From the NCBI GenBank assembly GCA_951406725.2, contig OX597816.1, positions 8,122,001 through 8,186,000 of the forward strand: a stretch of DNA of 64,000 nucleotides, read 5' to 3'. Below, in pieces: positions 1 to 10,642 of this stretch. This DNA comes from Octopus vulgaris (Eukaryota). The stretch's first letter is position 1; every line of letters begins with the position of its first letter. The notes under the pieces are model-generated. The model saw nothing but the letters and a program-made list of their open reading frames with translations, was not told the DNA's origin and made no database searches. The position numbers and the translations under genes were made by a program.

Positions 1-1420
1 AGGAATATAATAGGCTGATTCAGAAGGAAGGATCCAATTTAAGGCTGACCCCGACAGAAGAAGTGATAGCCAGGACAGCAAAACGAGAAGTGGTTTACAG
101 AACACTGTCTGCAACAACTAAGAAAATTGAAATAGCCACGGTGGAGACAATAGAAGAATGTCTTAAGGAGATAAAAAAAAAAACTGACGACATTCTACAC
201 AAGAGGCAGAAAATACGGCACAGTGGAGGTGAGGTTTGCCAACGAACAGGAGGCGATAAATCACTCCACTGTGATGCTCAGGATGCAAGAGTGGGTACTC
301 CTGCCAACTTACAGCGGCAAAAGCGTCACTAGAGTGAGAATAGGCAGAGTACCCCCGGAAATCAAGGCAGCGTGGCTGGTGGCAGCCGTGATGCATAAAA
401 CCGAAGAGGATGTAAACATTTTAAAGGTGACGAGGACAAAAAAAAGTAAACTGGTGGGGATATGGCCTTGAATTGGTCATTCAAGTAGGACAAAAAGATT
501 TGAACGAAATCGCTGAAGAGGTGATTTTACCGGAAGACATAAGGTTGAGAGTGGTGGTGGAAGGAAGACTTCAACCTGCTATCATTGCAGAGAGAAGGGA
601 CACATGAGAGTGAGATGCCCCCAGAGAGACAGTGAGGAAGGCCAACAGGAGCAGAATACTGAAGTGACGGCCCTAGCAAGTGAGAAATGTACGGAGGAAG
701 CGGAGGAAGCATTTACGGAGGCGACCAGGAAAAATAGAAAAGAATGTGTAAACACACTGCCGAAAAGTCCGAAAAAGAAAAAAGGGGGAAGATATGAACA
801 TTATAGAGATGTGACAGCAAAGACCGCCACCAGCATCACAAACAAAAGGACAAAAAAAAAAAAAAAGAAAATGGAAACCTACCCAGACACCCCAATTTTA
901 CCGCAGAAACAAACAGTTAAAGGAGCCAGAAAAAATAAATGGTATATGGTTACATATACAAAAAGTGCGGCGATAGAAAGGAGAATGACCAAATTCAGAT
1001 CGGTAATTAGAGTCAAATTACTAGCGGAGCTTTACACAGAAAATACAAAAGGCAAAGTGATAGATCAAGAGAGGTATGGAAAATGAAAAGAGTTGTTTGG
1101 AACAAGTATAGACCCATTGGGAGTGGAGTTCGATACATGAACTCGAAAGCGTGAGTGAGCTTTTTAAATAAGACTATACATTCGATGCTAAAAGGGAAAA
1201 AAAAGAAGGAAAAAAATGAGGGAAAAACTATTATAAAAAAACCTTTTTGAAACAGTTAAATGGTACTGCTTGAGAGTGGGGTTCAATGCAGTCACTTCAT
1301 CCCCTTTAATTATATTCATCTTTCATTCATTCGTTTTATGGTTTTTGTTCCCACTGTGGTGTTCTGTCTGTCTTCGTGCCATCCCATCTGTGTCATGGCC
1401 TGTGTGCCAAATAAAAGACA
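1..1420 (+). mobile_element. Non-LTR retrotransposon remnant: ORF1 followed directly by a pyrimidine-rich 3' UTR ending in AATAAAAGA
   Basis: Zinc-knuckle ORF1, an A-rich stretch, then a T-rich UTR with a polyA-signal-like end near 1410-1418. No ORF2 in between. Confidence 0.5.
63..1140 (+). pseudogene. Frameshifted gag-like ORF1 of a non-LTR retrotransposon (L1/Tx1-like) with a CCHC zinc knuckle
   Basis: 577-618 translates C-YH-C-REKG-H-MRVR-C (CX2CX4HX4C), in frame with ORF 604-1086. It is preceded by RVRIGRVPPEI and LRVVVEGR segments typical of LINE ORF1. Several frameshifts. Confidence 0.7.
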
Positions 1421-1610
1421 CACGGTCGGAGAAGGCGCGCCGTTCGGAAATTTCTCGGAGAGACGACGAAATGCGTGGTCATCATGGCACATAGCAGTGG
1501 AGACAAGGGTTCGGACAATATCGCCACTGGGACATAGCAGTATTGTGTAAAGTTACCTTTATTCAAAAAATTTTCTTTCACGAGTCGTTCCGGCTATTTT
1601 TTGTATTTAA

Positions 1611-1843
1611 GGCGGCGAGCTGGCAGAAACATTAGCACACCGGGCGAAATGCTTAGCAGTATTTCGTCTGCCGCTACGTTCTGAGTTCAAATTCCGCCGA
1701 GGTCGACTTTGCCTTTCATCCTTTCGGGGTCGATTAAATAAGTACCAATTACACGCTGGGATCGATATAATCGACTTAATCCGTTTGTCTGTCCTTGTTT
1801 GTCCTCTCTGTGTTTAGCCCTTTGTGGATAGTAAAGAAATAGG
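1611..1843 (+). mobile_element. SINE family A (tRNA head + Meta-like domain), monomer
   Basis: GGCGGCGAGCTGGCAGAA head, GAGTTCAAATTCC B-box, GCCTTTCATCCTTTCGGGGTCGAT..AAGTACC domain. More than 10 copies in the window. Confidence 0.85.
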
Positions 1844-1879
1844 TGTTTTTTTTTATGTTTTGTTCATATATTCTTTATG

Positions 1880-2074
1880 TTTTACTAGTTTGTGCCATTA
1901 GTCTGCGGCCATGCTGGAGCATCGCCTTGAAGAATTTTATGCCGAATGTATCGACCCCTGTAGTTATTTTGTCTTTAACCGTAGTACTTATTCTGTCGCT
2001 CTCTTTTGCCGAACCGCTGAATTACGGGAATGTAAACACACCAACACCGGTTGACAAGTGCTTGTGGGGGACAA

Positions 2075-2109
<35 letters not shown>

Positions 2110-2260
2110 CGGGGTTATTTCTGTTTCCGCCTACCAAATCCGCTCGTAAGGCTCTGGTCGACCGCAGGCTATAATAGGAGACACCTCTTCAAGGTGAAAC
2201 GCAGTAGGACTGAACCTGGAACTGTTTGGATGAGAAGCACACACAACCGCACCCATACGT
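1880..2260 (-). mobile_element. SINE family B (tRNA head, CORE-like), diverged copy
   Basis: Reverse complement of the family B copies at 20762 and 40337, with an internal (CA)n. Confidence 0.75.
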
Positions 2261-2462
2261 AAATAATGAAATAAAAAAATATAATTTATCTTAAGAAAGC
2301 AAACCTGACTTTTCGTCTCAACCCCGTAAAGGCAGGCTTCCAAATTCCTTGAAAGTTCCCCGAATGTGAATAAATCTTTAACAATTATTATTCTATGCAA
2401 GTATTTATGGTAAACTGCAGCGCTTTGAAGAGCAGTTTGAAAATACAGATTAGTAGCGCATG

Positions 2463-2467
2463 ACGAA

Positions 2468-2525
<58 letters not shown>

Positions 2526-2526
2526 G
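2463..2526. repeat. (GAT)n microsatellite
   Basis: Direct reading. Confidence 0.95.
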
Positions 2527-2529
2527 CAG

Positions 2530-3825
2530 CATAATACCAAGCTTTGACCACGAATGCGTGTGTTTCCACTGGTGCCCCGCGTCTGTAACAGTGTGGACGA
2601 AACCATGGCCTTATATCACGAACGAATACCCCGGACTTGTCCAAAAGAAGACCGTATCTACAATACCAAATGTGTAACATTCTGTGGGACTTAACAAAAT
2701 ATGTGGGTGTGCAATATCTATAATAAAAAGCTTTAGACCCGCTGCTCTCGGTAGACTGTTGCTATGCTTTTGATCAAGAGTCTCTCAGTTTTGAGGATTC
2801 GATGTTTGCATTACCGCTTCCCCTTATCTTTTCCTTTCTCTTTAAGGTCATTTAGCAGTTATCGTTGTTAAAAAAGTCAAGCGTAAAGTTTCCTGCACTC
2901 CACACCGCCGGCCAATAATTGTCAAACGACTTCCATCATCCTATTTCTCTTTATTTTCGCTTCAAACATCCGTCCCACCATTTTAAAAACTATCTTTGGC
3001 CTTTTCGCGATTTCCAACTGCACCCCTCCCCTATCGCCGCAATATATTGGGCTGCAGCTGCTGCTTGTTTGTTTGTTTGTTTGTTGAGCGAAGCGGTCTT
3101 CGTCCCAGTAGTGGGAGAAGTTCGAAACATGGTCCTTTGCTATTCGTAAGACCCGCAGAAGAGAAAGTAGGTCAACTCCCGACACCGAGAGCATCGACGG
3201 ATGGATGAATGCGCATTCAGGCTCAGCGGTTGCGTAGGAAGTCGAGGATGAGAAACAAGAGGAAAGAGTGAGAGAAAGTTGGAGCGAAAGAGTACAACAG
3301 GGGTCACCACCGTCCCCTGCCGGAGCCTCGTGGAGCTTTAGGTGTTTTCGCTCAATAAACACACACAATGCCCGGCCTGGGAATCGAAACCGCTATCCTC
3401 CGACCACGAGTCCGCTGCCCTAACCATTGGGCCATTGCGCCTCCACTTGCAGCTGCTGTTCGCAGATTCCAGCTGATCTTTTGCCGGAAGAGGAGACTTT
3501 CACCTCCTCGGTTCCCTGCAGTGCATGTTAATACTGGGCCCTTTCCTCATAATTTGTTTAATTCGCAAACTCTCTACTTCCTCGGTTTAATTACTGTGGG
3601 CTACGGTAATCATCTGATTGTCTTGGCTTTTCTCAAAAGACCGCATATTCTTCTGAGTAATATCCGCTCACACCACCTTCACCGCTATGACGGTAGCCAA
3701 TTCGACTAAGAACCCGTATTAATATCTTTATCCATGACTCTTGTTCCCCCAATATAGTAGCATCGGTCTGAGGGCATGAACCCTGTCTCCCTCATCTTAA
3801 ACACCATTCACATATTTCCATATCC
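2530..3825 (-). mobile_element. Highly decayed non-LTR retrotransposon ORF2-like sequence, interrupted by a SINE
   Basis: Minus-strand fragments CYRRGAPVETHAFV and PTVHGIWKYV resemble the L1/Tx1 ORF2 cysteine-rich C-terminus. No continuous ORF. Confidence 0.3.
3064..3447 (-). mobile_element. SINE family C (tRNA-derived head) with (AAAC)n tail and 11-bp TSD
   Basis: Minus strand starts GTGGAGGCGCAATGGCCCAATGGTTAGGG and has a GGTTTCGATTCCC B-box. TGCAGCTGCTG flanks both sides. Confidence 0.85.
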
Positions 3826-4235
3826 CATGGACTGTAGGCAGGATGTTCCACTACCTCAAAACCTAATTGGTTAATGGTTTCAACGGTCTGGGCAGCCGTG
3901 TGTGGGAGTGCATTGCACGCAGCAATGAAACTTTCTTCGACAATAGGCGTTTGGTGCGAATTGCTGGCTTCATTTTGTTGGCCAGCAAAACACTGTATCT
4001 TGCACTGTTGATCTTACACCCTTTTTTCCAGAGAAATCAGATCACTGTTCTTTGTTCTTCCTTGGTGCACATTACTAATGGAACAGTCATGCTTACACTG
4101 TTAAGCCAGAAAGAAAAATGGCGCAGATTCAAACTTAGATTACGTGACCACAATAGCACCAATTATAAGAACGCATGCAGTGTGAAAATAAAGATATGTT
4201 ATGGCGAAAGTACAGATAATTTTTGACTTCTCATA
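3826..4235 (-). mobile_element. Internally deleted mariner element (5' end and transposase fragments)
   Basis: Minus-strand translation MTVPLVMCTKEEQRTVI*FLW joined to INSARYSVLLANKMKPAIRTKR, then HTAAQTVETINQLGFEVVEHPAYSP (mariner HPPYSPDL motif). Confidence 0.85.
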
Positions 4236-4452
4236 CATGTATGTATCTATGAATATAGAAACTTAATGAAAATTTCGGATCTAGAATTCAGTAGGTTAGT
4301 AGACTTCTTAAGTCTAAAAAAGATAATCAAATTTTCAGGCGCATGAAACTAATAGTAGCTCGAATTTAAATCTTGTATATGTTAAATGATATTTATCTCT
4401 CACTAGATGGAGTACTTGTATTTTTTTTTATTTTACCTGTAACAAAACAGTA

Positions 4453-4542
<90 letters not shown>

Positions 4543-4644
4543 ATACGACGGGCTTCTTTCAGTTTCCGTCTTCCAAATCCACTCACAAGGTGCCAACCAT
4601 GTGGTTCGTAAGCAAGCTACTTACCACACAGCCACTCCTAAGGC

Positions 4645-4677
<33 letters not shown>

Positions 4678-4726
4678 AGCAAGATTTTTTATTGGCTAAA
4701 CTGGCAAAATGACCATTCCGAAATAT

Positions 4727-4759
<33 letters not shown>

Positions 4760-5399
4760 CTGTATGTATGTATATATATTTACAGAGAGAGGGGGAGAGC
4801 GAAATAGAGAGACGGAGAGAAAGAAAATTTAAGCACAGGCAACAGTTAAAACGCATCGGATAAAGAGAAAGACAACCATAGAAACTTATATCTCATTGTC
4901 AGCTGCTGACTGAAGGTCATAGTGATTTCGGCATTATGTATCAACATTGCCTCTTACTTCAGGGTACCAGTAGATTTATGACGAATTCCAGTAGGGAATC
5001 ATTTTGTGAAAACAAACCAAAAAACAACTGCACGAAAACTTAGGGACCTGACAATAGGAACTGCAAGTAATTATCTATTACGGCGTATTAGAAGACAAGA
5101 CTAATTAACAAAGAATATTAAACTGTGGAAGTATTTCGAGTGGAATTAAAACAAAAAACGAAATGACAGCGAATCCATACATATTTAATCGTCATTAAAT
5201 ATGCATCCAATAATGTATATTTAATTATGATTTCAACTTGTTTATTTGTACTCGTTCTATTTCCAAATGTACTCTTTCAAAAGATTACAAGTTATAATCT
5301 ACTTTATATGAAACATTATAAAATTTCAAAATCCATTAGGAATATATCTGTCCTCAGCCTCTAGGTTGAGGACAGATATACCGACGTCTTTATGCTTTA

Positions 5400-5792
5400 C
5401 TAGCAGTATGACCCGGCGTTGCTCGGGTTTGTTTCGACCCTTTAGAATTGGAATTTTTGAAAAGTAAAAATTTTGCATTATGTAGCTTGTTATTCTCTTT
5501 AAGAGAACATTTATCTGGTTGAAATACACAGAAAAATGACGACACAGCAGTAAAAAAAATCGTAAAAAATATAGATTTTCATAGAAGAAAAGCACCTTTT
5601 TGATGTAAATAATTTTTGGTGTTAACATGGTCCGATTTGAATTTTTTCTTCTACGGAAGGAAGAGCAAGCCTTCTTCTATCATACTCTCAATTTTGGTCA
5701 ACTTGTGCCGCAAGGTCTCGGAGGAGATAGTGTTAGTTGAAGGTTACCAAACCTGCCACACACAGGCAACTTCAGCTTTATATATAGAGAGA
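5400..5792 (-). mobile_element. Non-autonomous Helitron
   Basis: Minus strand has a 5' TC start, a 3' hairpin CCCGAGCAACGCCGGG and a CTAG end before T. Near-identical to 26169-26558. Confidence 0.85.
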
Positions 5793-6431
5793 TTTTATAA
5801 AATTGTGGATTTAGTGTTTGGTGAAAAACTCATACATTTATATCGATTAGAGTGGTGTAATCTTATTTATTTATTATTTTTTGTCCAAGTCAAGGTCCAA
5901 TAGCTGTACATATTAGACAAAGAAGAGACAGAAAGAGATATTAAGCTTGAAATTAATGTAATTAATAATGCATACACGTTGAGGGTATCTCTATGGGTGC
6001 TAACTGTAGTCCTTTATTAGCTGATTTGTATTTGTCATCGTGTGGGTTTTGTTTTCTGAACGGTTTATATAAAGATAGGTCCAATTAAGCAAGTGAGTAG
6101 ATGTAGGTGAATAAATGAGATATATTTGACCCTAATATCGTTGGTATCTATTTTGGCAAAACTTATCCTAGTATTTTGAAAGTGGACTTAAGTGACTGCC
6201 GTTAAAAAAGTGAATTCTTTAAATATTACAAAAGAAAACAGAAAAACCCAATAGTAACTCATATTTGTAATAAAACTAATGATTTTAAATTTTAAAGAGG
6301 CAGGTTTGTCTCATGCATCAAGGTGTATTCGAAGTGGCTTGAGTTACAAGATGTATTTTCGCTCCGATAATGATTTACGATAGAGTAATTAAGTATTTTG
6401 ATTTGTTTGTAGATAAAGTAAATCATCTCAT

Positions 6432-7302
6432 GCAGAGGTTTCCGAGGCGGACATGTTGTAGTGGGGCGTTAGGTGTTAGAAGACGCTGGACATGTTGAAG
6501 TGGGCCGATAAGCTTTAGGGGACGCTGAGTGGGCGGTGAGATAACATAATCAACATACGATATTTTACCTAAAGTAATAATTATATTATACCTGATAAAA
6601 CTGGTAATGGTTATTAAAATGAAATGAGATCTCATCAGGCACAAGGAAGTCATTAATTTGCAATGTATGAAGTAATTTTTTTTGTTTTTACTCTTTTACT
6701 CTTTTACGTGTTTCAGTCATTTTACTGCGGCCATGCTGGAGCACCGCCTTTAGTCGAAGAAATCGACCCCAGGACTTATTGTTTATAAGCCTAATAGTAT
6801 TCTATCTGTCTCTTTTGCCGAACTGCTAGGTTTCGGGGATATAAACATATCAAGATCGGTTGTCAAGCGATGGTGGGGGGTGGGACAAACACAGACACAA
6901 ATACGGAAACACACACACGTACACATACACACACACACACACACACATGCGATGTGCGTCTTTCAGTTTCCGTCTACCAAATCCCCTTGCAAAGCTTTGG
7001 TCGCCCGAGGCTAAAGTAGAAGACACTTGCCACGCATTGGGACTGAACCCGGAACCATGTGGTCGGGAAAAAAGCTTGTTACCACACAGCCACTCCTACG
7101 CCTATTAATTTTTCTTAATTAACCATTTCACTGTTGAAAGCTTATACAATCTATTTTTAGAGTAAAACTTATAGATTATCATCCAAGTTGGTTTAGTCAT
7201 GATACATCCGTCGCTCGTCACTTAGGTTGGTGTCAGGCATAACAATTACTTAAAAAGGTGGGAGCAATAAAAAAAGGAAAAGAAAGAGATTAAGAACCAC
7301 CG
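6432..7302 (+). mobile_element. Old hAT-like non-autonomous DNA transposon containing a nested family B SINE
   Basis: Homologous to 60357-61129 and 18950-19180 (shared GAGATCTCATCAGGCACAAGGAAGT). Ends TTAAGAACCACCG, like a CAGTGGTTCTTAA hAT TIR. Confidence 0.6.
6685..7105 (-). mobile_element. SINE family B
   Basis: Full-length reverse complement with a (TAAAAGAG)n tail. Confidence 0.85.
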
Positions 7303-7486
7303 ATTTAATGGTAGGAATGCCAAAGAAAATTCCGAAGCATCTCTCAGCTTTACAAAGTACTATTTTGAAGAAATTTTCCGTTATTTCAGAAATGCAGTTG
7401 AGTTGTGAATTGGAGTTCGTAAGATAGATGGAAATATGATTTATTGAACTTTAAAACACTTGTTGTGTATTTTAGTATAATTTTAG

Positions 7487-7892
7487 GTGGCTGTGTGGTA
7501 AGTAGCTTGCTTACCAACCACATTGTTCCAGGTTCAGTCCCACTGTGTGGCACTTTGGGCAAGTGCCTTCTATTTATAGCCTCGGGCCGACCAAAGCCTT
7601 GTGAGTGGATTTGGTGGACGGAAACTAAATGAAGCCCGTCGTATATATGTATATATATATATATGTGTGTGTATATGCTTGTGTGTCTGTGTCCCCCCCC
7701 CCCAACATCGCTTGACAACCGATGCTGGTGTGTTTATATCCCCGTAACTTAGCGGTTCGGCAAAAGAGACTGATAGAATAAGTACTAGGCTTACAAAGAA
7801 TAAGTCCTGAGGCTCGATTTGCTCGACTAAAGGCGGTGCTCCAGCATGGCCTCAGTCAAATGACTGAAACAAGTAAAAGAGTAAAAAGAGTA
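7487..7892 (+). mobile_element. SINE family B
   Basis: TGGCTGTGTGGTAAG A-box, GGTTCAGTCCC B-box, CORE-like CTTTGGGCAAGTG, internal (TA)n(TG)n, AAGTAAAAGAG tail. Confidence 0.9.
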
Positions 7893-8124
7893 TGTTGCTG
7901 CAAACAGGCCGACGAGTTATTGTTTGTTTTTGTTATTTTTATACAACGAACACCCTCCCCCACCCCACCCCACTGTTAATTTGATGTTTCAATTGTTATT
8001 GTTGTCGTTCTTCCGCTTTCTTTCAATCATTCCAATCTCACTTTCTCTCGTTGACATGTCTTTTCTCTTTCCCTCCCAAGGTCAACCGACGTTTCTAGGC
8101 TGAGGCCTCTGCTCTTGTTATTTC

Positions 8125-8553
8125 CGTTTCTCTTCTTTCCTTTCTTTCTTTTCTTTCCTTCTTTCTTTCTTTCTTTTCTTTCCTTCTTTCTTTCTTTCTT
8201 TCTTTCCTTCCTTCTTTCTTTCTTTCTTTCTTTTCTTTTCTTTCCTTCTTTCTTTCTTTCTTTGATTCTTTTTTCTTTTCTTTCCTTCCTTTCTTTCTTT
8301 CTTTCTTTTTTTCTTTTCTTTCCTTCCTTCTTTCTTTCTTTTTTCTTTTCTTTCCTTTTTCTTTCTTTCTTTCTTTTTTTCTTTCCTTTCCTCCTTTTTT
8401 CTTTCTTTCTTTCCTTCTTTTTTCTTTTCTTTCTTTCTTTCTTTCTTTTCTTTCCTTCTTTCTTTCTTTTTTCTTTTCTTTTCTTCCTTCTTTCTTTCTT
8501 TCTTTCTTTCTTCCTTTCTTTCTTTCTTGCTTTCTTTCTTTCTTTCTTTTCTT
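8125..8553. repeat. Degenerate (CTTT)n polypyrimidine tract of about 430 bp
   Basis: Direct reading. Confidence 0.95.
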
Positions 8554-9307
8554 AGTCACCAGGCTAAACGAATTCTATCTGACGTTCTCATTCTATAGAA
8601 CCGTGGAGCAAATCATTTTCTGAGAGAGCCATTTTTCATTCTGGCGTATGTATTTTTACCTTAATGTAATATACACGTATTTTTCGCTTTGAGTATGTTT
8701 AATAATTATCGTTTAATATGTTTTTCATTTTGTCTCATGTACAAGTTATGCTAGTGTATACCCATGTAGCATAAAAATAAATAAATAAATAAATAACACC
8801 GTTGATACCGTCGGATGGTGTGGTGCAACCATTTAGTGTCGAAATGGGGAAGCTATCAAATTATGCAGCTGAAGAAGGGATATTCTTTGTTTATATAGTG
8901 TGTGTGTGTGTGTGTTTTTCTTCCCTTGTTGTTTCCGTCCGATGTCATCGTCTCCGCAAATCATTAGCAATTCTGCTTCTAATTCAAAGAATTTCATTGT
9001 TTTTTCATGCAAGAGTTTGTTAGAGATTTGAGAAGGCGCTATTTATGGTGGATGGTGGCTTTGCAAGAGGGTAGCTTAGTTTGGAACTTTATGATAGCTA
9101 ATAACAACGCAAGGCACACACAAAAAGCAAAGACAAACACACACGCGCGCGCGCGCACACACACACACAATCACACGCATACACGTACGCAGAGACACGC
9201 ACAGACACACAAATACACACACGTGTTCAAATAAGAGTTCTCGCCTGGAAATCGCAACGGCGTGAAACTCGTGTCACAAGATAATCATTCGTTTCAACAT
9301 ATATATA

Positions 9308-9813
9308 TCTATATATATAAAACTGTAGTTGTGTGAGTGTCTGTCCCCTTCGATTCCTAACTACTCCCACATTTTGCGGTGCAGTTTAACCAAATTCGGG
9401 TATCTTATAGTCGTGATTCATATCGAGCCCGTCTGAGTATTAGCGCGCGTCTACGATGAGTCTACGATTTAAAAATAATTTAACATAATTTTTTATTCCA
9501 TTTTAATGCATAATTTTTCGTGTGTCGATGGCGGCGGAGTTGGCGTCCATGGTCACACCTGCACCTGTTTGCTTCTCCCCCTTCTTCCCTCCCTCGTGAA
9601 GCTGTGGGGAAGGGAGTGTAAGAAAATCAACGTCGTAAAGCGTTGTCAAGGAGACCAGCGTTCTTTTAGAACAACGACTTCATAGCTTGAAGACACCAAA
9701 ACAGAAATGGCTAAGAGAGTCCGAATTGGCATCTATAAGGGAAGTAACTCTCTAAAAATGCTTATATAGTTATTTCCCTTACAAACCCGAGCAACGCCGG
9801 GCGATACTGCTAG
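9308..9813 (+). mobile_element. Non-autonomous Helitron (second subfamily)
   Basis: A|TCTATATATATAAAACTG start. The 3' end ACAAACCCGAGCAACGCCGGGCGATACTGCTAG|T is shared with 26169-26558, but the interior differs. Confidence 0.8.
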
Positions 9814-9974
9814 TATATATATAAATGCGCTTTCCAGGCGATAACTCCTACTTGAACACGTGTGTGTGTTTGTGTGTGTGTACGTGTCTGTGTGTACGTG
9901 TGTGTATGTGTGTGTGCGTGTGTGTGTACGTGTCTGTGCGTACGTGTCTGTGCGTACGTGTGTGTGTGTGGGTC

Positions 9975-10217
9975 CGTTCATGCCCTGAATTCCATTGTCG
10001 AATTCCAGCGTTCTGATAGCGTCAGATGGGTTGCTGTTGCCTCGTGATCGAATCCTCCATCTTCAAGCTCCTTTCTGACTTTTCCCACCAAAATTCTACT
10101 GACGTTGAGAAAGTTTGAAATCTTCTTGTTTGTCCTTCCGCGCCGGATTCCAAGGCGGACTCCATGCTTCTTCCACAAACCAGGGGCTCAACGTTTTTCA
10201 TAGCCGATTATTCTGCA

Positions 10218-10266
<49 letters not shown>

Positions 10267-10388
10267 GGAAATGAAATAAAGCAGAAATGGTTATTGTTTT
10301 TAAGAAGAAAAAGAGCAACAACGAAAATTTTAAAAATGCGTAAAATTTACAGTTGAAAATTGCGAACGAATACCGTCCGCACCCTGTA
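9975..10388 (-). mobile_element. Tc1/mariner-superfamily 5' end with transposase HTH fragment
   Basis: Minus strand begins TA-CAGGGTGCGGACGG. ORF KKHGVRLGIRRGRTNKKISNFLNVSRILVGKVRKEL resembles a Tc1/maT N-terminal HTH. Confidence 0.65.
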
Positions 10389-10395
10389 CACACGT

Positions 10396-10461
<66 letters not shown>

Positions 10462-10539
10462 CCGGCTACTTCAGCCATGTAGCTACGCCCGTACTTTTCT
10501 TGGACCCTTGTTTTTCTTCTCCACACCATTCCTCCCTCC

Positions 10540-10575
10540 TCTTCCTGACGAAGTCATGCTCGAAATGTTATACAC
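10540..10575 (+). ncRNA. Degenerate minimal hammerhead-like motif in a Penelope-type terminus
   Basis: CTGACGA (10545-10551)-agtcatgctc-GAAA-tgTTA. Stem I is not recognisable. Confidence 0.35.
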
Positions 10576-10642
10576 CTACACTTTTTCCAATCTTGTACAG
10601 AGCGTCAAGCTAATACAACCCACGAGTACGTCCTTTTGACTT

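Noticed and set aside
3375-3447. tRNA gene
   Set aside because: The A and B boxes continue into a SINE body and tail within a TSD, so this is a SINE head.
4915-4968. Minus-strand hammerhead-like CTGAAGTAAGA..GCCGAAA
   Set aside because: The core has extra bases and stems I and III do not form.
8095-8559. Lys/Glu/Arg-rich and Phe/Leu/Ser-rich ORFs
   Set aside because: Translations of a (CTTT)n tract.
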